Below, piece by piece: positions 50,013 through 60,556 of a DNA stretch of 64,000 nt (positions are counted from its first letter, which is position 1; every line of letters begins with the position of its first letter). Both the position numbers and the translations under genes were made by a program. A model generated the notes under the pieces. That model had not been told where the DNA came from and did no database searches. It saw only the letters and a program-made list of their open reading frames with translations. The stretch is from Gammaproteobacteria bacterium (GTDB lineage Bacteria > Pseudomonadota > Gammaproteobacteria > UBA4575), in NCBI GenBank assembly GCA_965222615.1, contig CBDCUI010000008.1, positions 896,001 through 960,000 of the forward strand, read 5' to 3'.

Positions 50013-51473
50013 TTATTTGAATGTTTCACGTCTTTTGCGTGATTCTCGTAATTGATTTTTTTTTGCTTCAATGCGGGCTTTTGAGTTCGAATCAATTCCT
50101 GGTGACCTTAGTGATAATTGAATTTGTTCCATTGCAGAACCATATTGACCATGTGCAGCATAAAAGTCACTTAGCGACTCATGACTGCGCCAAGGCATAT
50201 TCGCTTCACTAGCTGCTTTTGCTTTAAGTTTGTCAATAGCGGGATTTTGTTGCGAACGGTGATCAAGCTTGTCAAGTTTTTGTAACGCTAGTCGTGCTTG
50301 ATTTTCTTCAATTAGGCTAGTTGCTAAGTAATAAACTACGGGCAAATTATTTGGATAAACTTGATCTAAGGACTCTAAAGACATTTTTGCTTTTTGAGTT
50401 TGACCTGCCGCTATATTGATTTGTGCTTCAGCAAGCTTAATAGTCAATTCATTATCAGCATTAATGGCGATTTTTTGTAAACGCCTTAGAGCTTGCCCGT
50501 TTTTACCTGCGCGGCTTAATGCAATAGCATATGTGTAGTGATCTTGGTCATTTAATTTATCAGGTGAGTTAATTTTTTTTCTGTAGTAGTCAATCATTTG
50601 GGTGGGATTTGATGTGATTGCAATAGTCCGTGCGCGAGCATAATTAAAATGACTGGTGTTTGAAGTAAATGATCCCCGATATTGGGTTGCGCGAGTTTTA
50701 GATTCACTAATACGATTTTGCGTTAATGGGTGTGAACTTAGGAATTCAGGAATCTCACCACGATTCAATTGAGTATGTCTGCTTAAACGTTCAAAAAAGG
50801 TAGGCATTCCTTGTGGATCAATGTTTGCACGCACGAGTAATTGCATGCCCACACGGTCAGCTTCTTGCTCAAAACTTCTTGAATACGCAAGTTGTGCGTC
50901 TTGGATGCCTGCTTGCGTGGAAATGATTGCTGCTTGTCCAAGTTCACTGCTGTACGCTGCAGCAAGAATTGATCCTAAAAGTGTAAGTGCAGAAATTACG
51001 CTGAGAGATTTTGCATTGGCAAAATTACGTGCAATATGGCGTTGAGTAACGTGGGCTATTTCATGTGCGAACACACTTGCTACTTCACTTTCTTGTCGAC
51101 TGAGTGTTAATAAACCACTATTGATCGCAATAATACCTCCAGGCAATGCAAACGCGTTTATATCGGGGTTAAATATCAACAGAAACGTAAATGGGAAATT
51201 AGAGTCAATACCTCCCGAGGTAATTCGTGTCCCCAGTGAGTGAATATATTGATTAAGTTCTGGATCATTAGAGACGGATAAGTGTCCACGTACTTCTGCA
51301 ATTAAGATACGGCCAAGTTCTATTTCTTTAGCTGGGCTTAGCTCTGCGCTTGCAGGGCCACCGATATCAGGAAGATTACTTTCTGCAAAAGAGTTTAATG
51401 GTAAATTTAAAAGTAGCACGCACAAAACTGTGTAGATAGTGTATTTAAATTTGTAAAGTGCGTTTTTTTGCAT
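50013..51473 (-). CDS. bepA: M48 metalloprotease with TPR repeats, BepA/YfgC-like
   Basis: LPDIG, INAFALPGG, HEIAHVTQRH, EQEADRVG, PEFLSSHP. Confidence 0.88.
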   Translation of the reverse strand: MQKNALYKFKYTIYTVLCVLLLNLPLNSFAESNLPDIGGPASAELSPAKEIELGRILIAEVRGHLSVSNDPELNQYIHSLGTRITSGGIDSNFPFTFLLIFNPDINAFALPGGIIAINSGLLTLSRQESEVASVFAHEIAHVTQRHIARNFANAKSLSVISALTLLGSILAAAYSSELGQAAIISTQAGIQDAQLAYSRSFEQEADRVGMQLLVRANIDPQGMPTFFERLSRHTQLNRGEIPEFLSSHPLTQNRISESKTRATQYRGSFTSNTSHFNYARARTIAITSNPTQMIDYYRKKINSPDKLNDQDHYTYAIALSRAGKNGQALRRLQKIAINADNELTIKLAEAQINIAAGQTQKAKMSLESLDQVYPNNLPVVYYLATSLIEENQARLALQKLDKLDHRSQQNPAIDKLKAKAASEANMPWRSHESLSDFYAAHGQYGSAMEQIQLSLRSPGIDSNSKARIEAKKNQLRESRKRRETFK

Positions 51474-51704
51474 ACAGTATATGACTAACAGGTCAGTAAA
51501 ATGTTTACACTATTGTAGCGAGTATTTTGAACTAGCTACGTAAGTTACTATATGTAGGCGATATCCACATCTTTCATGTGGGAACTATCCTTCGATTATG
51601 ACTACTCCATATTAAAATATTATGATATTATAATATTTATTGTGCTTTTAGGAATTATGCCCTATAAGCTTATTTGAAAAGATATTAGTTAAGGAGTTGA
51701 GTTA

Positions 51705-51935
51705 ATGGCTGAGTTTGATCAAGAGTTAGATGCTTGTGGATTAAATTGCCCACTTCCAATTTTGCGGGCCAAAAAGGCTTTATCTGGTATGGATTCCGGT
51801 AAGGTGTTGCATATTATTGCAACGGATCCAGGCTCCGTTAAAGATTTTGAAGCATTCTCGAAGCAAACTGGAAACGAACTTTTAGATTCTAATGAAGACG
51901 ACGGGAAATTTTACTTCCGCATCCAAAAGAAATAA
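51705..51935 (+). CDS. TusA/SirA-family sulfur carrier
   Basis: LDACGLNCPLPIL, TDPGS..DF. Confidence 0.9.
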   Translation: MAEFDQELDACGLNCPLPILRAKKALSGMDSGKVLHIIATDPGSVKDFEAFSKQTGNELLDSNEDDGKFYFRIQKK

Positions 51936-52101
51936 TAAAAAATTAGATTAGTGGCATACTAATAATAATAAATCACTATTTAAAAAAACCTTTATAACTA
52001 GTGTTTTGACCTCACAGTGCAAACCTTCATGACTAGAAGGTGTGTTTGGTTTGCGCTGTATTTTAGTTTATTAAATAAGACTTTGGTTTTTGATCAAGCT
52101 A

Positions 52102-53654
<1,553 letters not shown>

Positions 53655-53735
53655 CTTCGATTACTTATGACTGTGCCATAAGTATTTTGAGACGTTTTTT
53701 AACTACATACCAGAATAAATCAGAGTTTCCCAAGC

Positions 53736-54350
53736 ATGCCAATTGCTAAAGAAGCCCGTCTGATTTTATCCATAATTGGAATACTGATTGCTGCAGCTCA
53801 TTATAATTTGGGTATTAATTTTGCCTGGCCTTTTTGGGTGTTGTTTGTAATTCTGTTATTTATATTCCGAGATTTTAAACGCAGTGTTCCAGCTGTCCCG
53901 CTAGCTGTAGTGAGTCCGGTGGATGGTAAAATTAGTGCAATTGATGAGTCGCATGATCCCTATTTAGATCGTGCTGTACAAAGAATTCATATTCGGCAGT
54001 CTATTTTTGGTGAATTCAATGTGCATAGTCCAGTTGAAGGGAAAGTTCAAAATTTGTGGGTGACTTCACCAACAACTCCAGACAGTTCTCAATTGGCAAT
54101 TTGGATTCAAACAGATGAAGCCGATGATGCAGTAATGACGGCGGATTTAAGCTCTCCACTGCGCCACGCAACTTGCAATATCAGTGCTGGTGAAAAGCTT
54201 GGTCAGGGGCAACGTTGTGGATTTCTAGCGTTCGCCTGTGATTTGGTAGTTTATTTGCCTACAACTGCTCATATCGCTATAAAGGTAGGACAATCGGTTC
54301 GCGCTGGCAGCGATATGTTGGCAGAATTCGTTCGTGAGACTACCGAATAA
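53736..54350 (+). CDS. Phosphatidylserine decarboxylase-like protein with degenerate catalytic motifs
   Basis: FRD, VSPVDG.I, SP..G, G..VRAG and position before pssA; FGS replaced by FAC. Confidence 0.75.
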   Translation: MPIAKEARLILSIIGILIAAAHYNLGINFAWPFWVLFVILLFIFRDFKRSVPAVPLAVVSPVDGKISAIDESHDPYLDRAVQRIHIRQSIFGEFNVHSPVEGKVQNLWVTSPTTPDSSQLAIWIQTDEADDAVMTADLSSPLRHATCNISAGEKLGQGQRCGFLAFACDLVVYLPTTAHIAIKVGQSVRAGSDMLAEFVRETTE

Positions 54351-54380
54351 TGAGAAGTATGTATTACTACTATAAATACA

Positions 54381-55157
54381 ATGTCTGAAGGAAAACCACG
54401 CAAGGGTATCTATTTGTTACCCAATTTATTTACAACCGGTGCACTGTTTGCTGGTTTCTATGCCATTATCGCAGCCACGGCTGATCGTTTTGAACAAGCA
54501 GCCATTGCAATTGTTATCGCTATGCTTTTGGATGGTTTTGATGGGCGTGTTGCACGTATGACGCAAACTACCAGTGAATTTGGTTTGCAATATGACAGTA
54601 TATCCGACATGGTCTCGTTTGGTGTTGCTCCAGCTTTAGTGGTTCACGAATGGGCATTGATTCACTTTCAAGGTTATCCATGGATGTCAAAACTCAGTTG
54701 GTTGGCAGCCTTTTTCTATACTGCTGCTGCAGCTTTGCGTTTGGCGCGTTTTAATGCACGTGTAAGTATAGTCAGTAAACGTTATTTTCAAGGTTTACCC
54801 AGCCCAGCTGCAGCCGCAGCTTTAGTAGGTTTTATCTGGGTGTGCCATGATATGCATCTGTCTCGGGAGGATTTTGCTATTCCTGCACTTATTGTCACGA
54901 TTCTGCTCGGTGCGTGTATGGTAAGTAATTTTAGTTATTATAGTTTTAAAGATATTAATCCTAGCGATCGAGTTCCTTTTGTGGCGCTACTGGCTATCGT
55001 CGTAGGGTTTATTTTGGCTTCCATCGATACACCGAAATTATTTTTTGCCTTGTTTGCAGTTTATGCATTTTCCGGTCCAGTGACCTATCTCATTCGTTTA
55101 CGACGTAAACGTCAATTACGTAGTGGTTTGAGTGATCATGGTAAAAGTAAGTCTTAA
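54381..55157 (+). CDS. pssA: CDP-diacylglycerol--serine O-phosphatidyltransferase
   Basis: YLLPNLFT, DG.DGRVAR.....SEFG...DS..D..SFGVAP, RLARFN, FQGLPSP. Confidence 0.95.
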   Translation: MSEGKPRKGIYLLPNLFTTGALFAGFYAIIAATADRFEQAAIAIVIAMLLDGFDGRVARMTQTTSEFGLQYDSISDMVSFGVAPALVVHEWALIHFQGYPWMSKLSWLAAFFYTAAAALRLARFNARVSIVSKRYFQGLPSPAAAAALVGFIWVCHDMHLSREDFAIPALIVTILLGACMVSNFSYYSFKDINPSDRVPFVALLAIVVGFILASIDTPKLFFALFAVYAFSGPVTYLIRLRRKRQLRSGLSDHGKSKS

Positions 55158-55239
55158 AATGCGGTCAAACCTCATTAAAATTAGACCACTAGTGAATAAT
55201 TTGTGGAAAATTTCTCAATGACACGTTATATTCGTCTAT

Positions 55240-55341
55240 ATGAAACAAACTTTTTCAAATATGTCCCGCCTATATGTAGATGTTTTTAGTCGAACATTCA
55301 CTTTAGCCGCATTACTACTAGCACTGCTCCTGCCGCAATAG
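55240..55341 (+). CDS. Leucine-rich leader peptide upstream of leuA
   Basis: MKQTFSNMSRLYVDVFSRTFTLAALLLALLLPQ*; 7 Leu in the last 12 codons including CTA CTA; alternative start at 55261. Confidence 0.7.
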   Translation: MKQTFSNMSRLYVDVFSRTFTLAALLLALLLPQ

Positions 55342-55505
55342 CGGCTCAATTCTATGCCTGGCGAGGTTATACGCGATTAACATATACTATTTTCTCAGAT
55401 TCTGGATTCATATTTTATGAATAGGATTCCAGTATTAATGTCTGATGTGATGATTGTATTTTTGTAATACAAGATTAAGAAAAGATTTTTGTTAGGAGTA
55501 ATCCA

Positions 55506-57050
55506 GTGACGACCAAGGACAAGTTGATAATTTTTGATACTACTTTGCGTGATGGTGAGCAAAGTCCAGGCGCATCGATGACGCGTGATGAAAAAGTTCG
55601 TATCGCTAAATCACTGGAGCGTATGAAAGTAGATGTAATTGAGGCTGGATTCCCAATAGCGAGTGCAGGGGATTTTGAGTCTGTGCAAGCTGTCGCATCC
55701 GTAGTTACTCACAGCACAGTATGTGGGTTAGCGCGTGCTTTGGAAAGAGATATTGATCGTGCCGGCGAAGCGCTAAGTTCGGCACAATCAGCAAGGATTC
55801 ATACCTTTATTGCAACGTCTCCTATCCATATGCAGCGTAAATTGCGTATGTCTGAAGATCAAGTGGTTGAACAAGCAATCGCGTCAGTTAAACAAGCCAG
55901 GCAATACACTGATAATGTTGAATTCTCTCCGGAAGATGCGGGTCGATCGGAATTTGAGTTTTTATGTAGAGTAATTGAAGCGGTAATAAAGTCAGGTGCA
56001 ACTACTATAAATATACCGGATACGGTTGGGTATAACATTCCTCAGCAATTCGGAAGCTTAGTTGGTCGTTTGATTGAAAATATTCCTAATTCTGATCAGG
56101 CGATATTTTCTGTTCATTGCCACAATGATCTTGGTTTAGCGGTCGCAAATTCGTTGTCTGCAGTTTTAAATGGTGCACGACAAGTTGAATGTACCATTAA
56201 TGGTTTAGGTGAACGTGCTGGAAATGCATCATTAGAAGAAGTAGTGATGACTGTGCATACTCGTCAAGATATATTTCCTTGTAATACTGATTTAGATACC
56301 AAACAAATTGTGCCCACTTCACGTATGGTGTCTACTATTACAGGTTTTCCGATACAGCCCAACAAGGCTATTGTTGGGGCTAATGCATTTGCGCATGAAT
56401 CTGGTATTCATCAAGATGGGGTACTTAAGGCACGTGAAACCTATGAAATCATGCGTGCAGAAGATGTTGGCTGGGCAGCCAATAAAATCGTATTAGGTAA
56501 GCATTCAGGTCGTAACGCATTCAGAACTCGTCTAGATGAGCTGGGCATAAACTTTGAAACAGAGGAAGAGTTAAACAATGCCTTTGTGGCGTTTAAAGAT
56601 CTGGCCGATCGTAAACATGAGATTTATGATGAGGATTTACATGCACTTGTATCAGATACTAGTTACGAAAACAATGAATATTGTAAACTAGTAGCATTAA
56701 CAGCCCATTCTGAAACCGGTCAAACCCCAAATGCCCAAATTACATTGCTAGTGGATAGTAAAGAAGTTACAGCATCAGCGACAGGTGGTGGGCCAGTAGA
56801 TGCAACCTATTGTGCAATAGAAGAAATAGTAGATAGTCAAGCTCAATTGCAATTATATTCAGTAAATAATATTACTACCGGTACCGATGCCCAAGGTGAA
56901 GTAACAGTGCGTTTACAGAAAGCGGGTAGAATAGTGAATGGACACGGTGCAGATACAGATATCGTTATGGCATCTGCCAAAGCATATTTGCATGCATTGA
57001 ATAAGTTGGTTGAGCCGCAGAGGAGGAAGCATCCACAACACACCGTTTAA
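55506..57050 (+). CDS. leuA: 2-isopropylmalate synthase
   Basis: [38 protein letters not shown]. Confidence 0.97.
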   Translation: MTTKDKLIIFDTTLRDGEQSPGASMTRDEKVRIAKSLERMKVDVIEAGFPIASAGDFESVQAVASVVTHSTVCGLARALERDIDRAGEALSSAQSARIHTFIATSPIHMQRKLRMSEDQVVEQAIASVKQARQYTDNVEFSPEDAGRSEFEFLCRVIEAVIKSGATTINIPDTVGYNIPQQFGSLVGRLIENIPNSDQAIFSVHCHNDLGLAVANSLSAVLNGARQVECTINGLGERAGNASLEEVVMTVHTRQDIFPCNTDLDTKQIVPTSRMVSTITGFPIQPNKAIVGANAFAHESGIHQDGVLKARETYEIMRAEDVGWAANKIVLGKHSGRNAFRTRLDELGINFETEEELNNAFVAFKDLADRKHEIYDEDLHALVSDTSYENNEYCKLVALTAHSETGQTPNAQITLLVDSKEVTASATGGGPVDATYCAIEEIVDSQAQLQLYSVNNITTGTDAQGEVTVRLQKAGRIVNGHGADTDIVMASAKAYLHALNKLVEPQRRKHPQHTV

Positions 57051-57192
57051 AATAGCGCATTAGATATGTCTTTTGATTCAATACTTCGTTATATCGCTTT
57101 CTCAAATGCTCATTTACTAGCATGTAAACTCCACTTTTCGAAAGCGACAAGCCTTGTCTTGAATCAAAATTCATTATCTACTGTACTATTTT
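57049..57192. repeat. Palindromic MITE-like element, copy 1 (degenerate ends)
   Basis: Core TTCTCAAATGCTCATTTAC...GTAAACTCC.CTTTTCGAA...GCCTTGTCT shared with 58200-58347; long imperfect inverted arms. Confidence 0.7.
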
Positions 57193-57287
57193 ATTAAAGT
57201 AATTAAATCAATGAATGAAGAAAAGCGTAGTGACAAAGCAAAAACTATATCTTTGTAAGTTACATTGTAGCTGTTTCGTATATTCAC

Positions 57288-57407
57288 TAGATTGCTTCGT
57301 GTACACTCGCAATGATATAAATACTCGTCATCGCGAGGAACGAAGTGACGAAGCGATTCAGTAAGACAATCATCATTGCAAGTGATGTATAGATTGTGCG
57401 GCAATCC
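57288..57407. repeat. Cluster of short palindromic REP-like units
   Basis: GATTGCTTCG..CTCGCAATGA, then inverted CGTCATCGCGAG..CGAAGCGATTC and CATCATTGCAAG..GCGGCAATCC. Confidence 0.6.
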
Positions 57408-57500
57408 AACTTTTTGAGGGTTATCCCAGTTGACTTATTAGTTCTAATATAAATACTTTGAAAATAAATTTTAAAATATTCTAATATCAAGATGGGTACT

Positions 57501-58202
57501 ATGAATGAAGAAAAGCGTTTGTACTACCTAGAACAAATGGGAATACAAGCATGGGTTTCGAATTTGCCTAATCAAAGTGAAAGTATAACTGTTAGCGATG
57601 CTCAACAAACAGAAATTGTTGAGCAGGAAATTAATGCAAAGACAGCGGAAAGTTTTGCGAAACTTGAGCAACAAGTCGCGGCATGTACTTTGTGTGATTT
57701 ACACCGAACTCGAACACAAACTGTTTTTGGAGTAGGACATCCGGCCGCTGATTGGTTAATCATCGGTGAAGCGCCAGGTGCTGATGAAGATCGAAAGGGC
57801 GAGCCTTTTGTAGGGCGTGCAGGACAATTACTCACCAACATGTTGCGTGCGATTGGCCTAGCGCGTGAAGAGGTGTTCATTGCAAATATATTAAAATGTC
57901 GCCCACCGAATAATCGTGATCCAAGACCTAATGAAATTGCAAGTTGCAGTTCTTATTTGCGACAACAAATTGACTATATTCAACCAAAAATTATTTTGGT
58001 AGTAGGAAGAATTGCAGCCCAATCTTTGCTTAAAACCGATACGCCGATAGGAAGATTACGTGGCAAAGAATTTTTCTATGAAGATACGCAGATTCCAATC
58101 ATAGCAACCTATCATCCTGCGTATTTATTAAGAAGTCCTCAGCAAAAACGTAAGGCATGGGAAGATTTGAAGTTTGCAGTTAGAGTTGCAAATTTGCACT
58201 AG
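57501..58202 (+). CDS. Uracil-DNA glycosylase family 4 (Fe-S)
   Basis: [34 protein letters not shown]; alternative start at 57492. Confidence 0.93.
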   Translation: MNEEKRLYYLEQMGIQAWVSNLPNQSESITVSDAQQTEIVEQEINAKTAESFAKLEQQVAACTLCDLHRTRTQTVFGVGHPAADWLIIGEAPGADEDRKGEPFVGRAGQLLTNMLRAIGLAREEVFIANILKCRPPNNRDPRPNEIASCSSYLRQQIDYIQPKIILVVGRIAAQSLLKTDTPIGRLRGKEFFYEDTQIPIIATYHPAYLLRSPQQKRKAWEDLKFAVRVANLH

Positions 58203-58347
58203 AACTCATCTCAAAATGCATCTAGCCCACTGATACTGCGTTGCAGAATGTTCTCAAATGCTCATTTACTTACTTATGTAAACTCCGCTTTTCGAACATT
58301 CTGCGCCTTGTCTGAGCAAACTATCTGCTATTTTGAGATAGGTTCTA
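58200..58347. mobile_element. 148-bp MITE-like element with terminal inverted repeats
   Basis: Left TAGAACTCATCTCAAAAT and right ATTTTGAGATAGGTTCTA (16/18 complementary), TA at both ends, internal core shared with copy 1. Confidence 0.75.
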
Positions 58348-58351
58348 AATA

Positions 58352-58376
58352 GCAGCCTTTTATCGGTAAAGGCTGC
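58352..58376 (+). terminator. Terminator-like hairpin after the UDG gene
   Basis: GCAGCCTTT-N7-AAAGGCTGC followed by GATTT (weak U tract). Confidence 0.45.
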
Positions 58377-58410
58377 GATTTACTCAAGATTAATTTACAC
58401 TTTATATACT

Positions 58411-58875
58411 ATGAGTGCTGCATTTGAATTTCCCACAGAGACATACCGGTTAATGACGGAATATGATTTACCGGTAGTGCTTGATATTGAATATCGAAGC
58501 TACGAATTTCCCTGGACTGAAGGGATTTTTCATGATTGTTTGCGGTTCGGATATTCATCGTGGGTAATTGAAATGAATCGCAGAGTGATTGGTTATGGAG
58601 TCATGTCACTAGCAGTGCAGGAATGTCATATCCTTAATCTATGTGTCGATCCTGAATTTCAAGGTAATGGAGTTGGGCGACGTTTATTAGACCAGTTATT
58701 TACTATTGCTCGTGCACGCAAGGCAGACACTGCATTTCTTGAAGTACGACCAACCAATACTCAAGCTCTGTCTTTATACCTTTCCGAAGGGTTTAATGAA
58801 ATCGGTACGCGTAGGAACTACTATCCTGCATTGTTTGGACGAGAGGATGCAATAATTCTTGCTAAGACTCTTTAA
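58411..58875 (+). CDS. rimI: Ribosomal protein S18 alanine acetyltransferase
   Basis: FPWT.GIF.DCL, HILNLCV.P..QG.G.G, LEVR.TN..A..LY...GF.EIG.R.NYY, REDA. Confidence 0.92.
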   Translation: MSAAFEFPTETYRLMTEYDLPVVLDIEYRSYEFPWTEGIFHDCLRFGYSSWVIEMNRRVIGYGVMSLAVQECHILNLCVDPEFQGNGVGRRLLDQLFTIARARKADTAFLEVRPTNTQALSLYLSEGFNEIGTRRNYYPALFGREDAIILAKTL

Positions 58876-58895
58876 AAATTAGGAAGAAATAATAA

Positions 58896-59081
58896 TTAGT
58901 TTTCTAGAACAAATTCATATTTTTCTTTATCATTATCTTCCACTAACCCATCTTCAGCAGCACATTTCCAGGCTTCATTAATAGAATCTTCCTTTGTTGG
59001 TTTGTAACCTAAACCCTGCTCATAGATTGGGTAGGTTGCTATGTGCTTTTTATTTGATTTTTCGTAGATAGTAACTTTCAT
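58896..59081 (-). CDS. Small hypothetical protein
   Basis: 61-aa ORF with GGAG RBS, co-oriented with neighbours. Confidence 0.6.
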   Translation of the reverse strand: MKVTIYEKSNKKHIATYPIYEQGLGYKPTKEDSINEAWKCAAEDGLVEDNDKEKYEFVLEN

Positions 59082-59110
59082 AATTTGCTCCAGTTAATCT
59101 AATCTGAAAT

Positions 59111-59311
59111 CTAAATTATTTGATATTTTTTTCTAAGTTTATTGTACGTATCGGCTAAAGCGATATTGCCAGTAACTCGGTTACCCAATTCATCAATACA
59201 GCAGTACCCGAGATTGTCATAACAGACTTTATACCCTTTTTTATATGCAGGATGATCTTGAATTTTTTCATTAAAAAGAGCAAAAAATTGTTCCTTAGAA
59301 ATTTTTTCCAT
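59111..59311 (-). CDS. Small hypothetical protein
   Basis: 66-aa ORF whose start overlaps the end of the upstream gene. Confidence 0.5.
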   Translation of the reverse strand: MEKISKEQFFALFNEKIQDHPAYKKGYKVCYDNLGYCCIDELGNRVTGNIALADTYNKLRKKYQII

Positions 59312-59591
59312 AACTAGTTTCTTTGCCCGTATCTCGGTGTATAAAGTAATTTGCTTGATCTAGTCTCTGACTATTCGAGAAATCATACTTAATGGGAAGT
59401 AACTCAAAAGGTCGAGTTGAATAGTGGCAATGTCTTACGTACCAAGGCACTCCCCATTTATCACAATTGGTTCGGCAGTAATGACAACCATCTGCCGCAG
59501 TATTACCGGGGTGTGCTAACGCTGTATTTATTGTGAGTAATAAAAGACTTGCTAAAATGTTAAAAGAATAAATCCTTTTTTTCATATTCAT
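59295..59591 (-). CDS. Secreted His/Cys-rich (YHYH-type) small protein
   Basis: Signal peptide (ALA) then HPG.TAADGCHYCRTNC..WG....RHCH; AGGAG RBS. Confidence 0.65.
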   Translation of the reverse strand: MNMKKRIYSFNILASLLLLTINTALAHPGNTAADGCHYCRTNCDKWGVPWYVRHCHYSTRPFELLPIKYDFSNSQRLDQANYFIHRDTGKETSYGKNF

Positions 59592-59710
59592 TTCTAACTC
59601 CTTTTAGAAATATTTAAAATTAACCAGCTGACTAATTCTTCAATGCAAATTTATATGTATTTCGTAAACTCTTTCTGTTCTATAACGTAGATTTGACTCG
59701 TATATTATTT

Positions 59711-60139
59711 TTAATTATCGGAGCACAAAATTTCTCTAGCAGTTTCATTACTATATTCAAAAATTTTATTAAAAATTCCTTTATTAATTCTATCGTCTGC
59801 AAATTTATTAGCGCTAATAGATCCATAATATCCACCTTCTCTATCCACAACTATTGGTGGTTTATCTGCATAATTATTAAATGGGCTATAGTCACTATAC
59901 TGAGAGCCAAAATCCCCATATTCATTCCAAATGCTTTTGTCACTGTATTCAGAACCATGGTCGCCATATTTATTACAGATAGATTCATTATTGTATTTGC
60001 TACAATTCAAACAGCCTAAAAATTCTTTATGATTTTCACCGCCAAAAATTAATAACTCTTCTTTTGAATATGCGATAGAAGAAAGTAATAAACATATCGA
60101 TAAGATCCATTTCATATTAATATTTCCGTTATATATCAA
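59711..60139 (-). CDS. Secreted hypothetical protein with internal tandem repeat
   Basis: Signal peptide; LGCLNC then SICNKYGDHGSEYSDK / SIWNEYGDFGSQYSDY / SPFNNYA. Confidence 0.7.
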   Translation of the reverse strand: MIYNGNINMKWILSICLLLSSIAYSKEELLIFGGENHKEFLGCLNCSKYNNESICNKYGDHGSEYSDKSIWNEYGDFGSQYSDYSPFNNYADKPPIVVDREGGYYGSISANKFADDRINKGIFNKIFEYSNETAREILCSDN

Positions 60140-60542
60140 CTACACATGACATCCGCCATGTGGTTCCTACATTTTCGCCAAGTATACTTTTGTGTTCAGA
60201 GCTAAAAATTTTTCCAGTATTTTTGAAGATGGTATCCATATATGATGCCCCACTAAATTGATAAACTACAGTTGTATATGTGATATTTTCATTGAGTACT
60301 ACGCCAATAATATTTTTGTCACCATAAGTTATTCGAACTACTCCCTCATCTTCAGTTTTAATTGCATATGTCATAGGTTTCAAAGTAACACGGTCGTTAC
60401 TGTATTCGTACTTTCCGCCAGAGTACATAGTTCTATAACCATTAATAGAACCATTTTTGCACTCAACATACATGGCATTACTATCAAGCGATAACACTAA
60501 AAAACATAAAAATAAAAATACTTTTTTCATAATTTTCTCCAT
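60129..60542 (-). CDS. Secreted hypothetical protein
   Basis: MKKVFLFL signal peptide; beta-rich mature part with Cys near both ends. Confidence 0.6.
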   Translation of the reverse strand: MEKIMKKVFLFLCFLVLSLDSNAMYVECKNGSINGYRTMYSGGKYEYSNDRVTLKPMTYAIKTEDEGVVRITYGDKNIIGVVLNENITYTTVVYQFSGASYMDTIFKNTGKIFSSEHKSILGENVGTTWRMSCVVDI

Positions 60543-60556
60543 ATCGTTATGGCTGG

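Noticed and set aside
57288-57407. Repeat cluster as a CRISPR array
   Set aside because: Units are degenerate, in mixed orientation, without regular spacers, and no cas genes are present.
57186-57490. Two short minus-strand ORFs between leuA and the UDG gene
   Set aside because: They lie over palindromic repeats and have no RBS or protein-like features.
59693-60019. 108-aa plus-strand hydrophobic ORF
   Set aside because: Antisense shadow of the better-supported minus-strand secreted protein.
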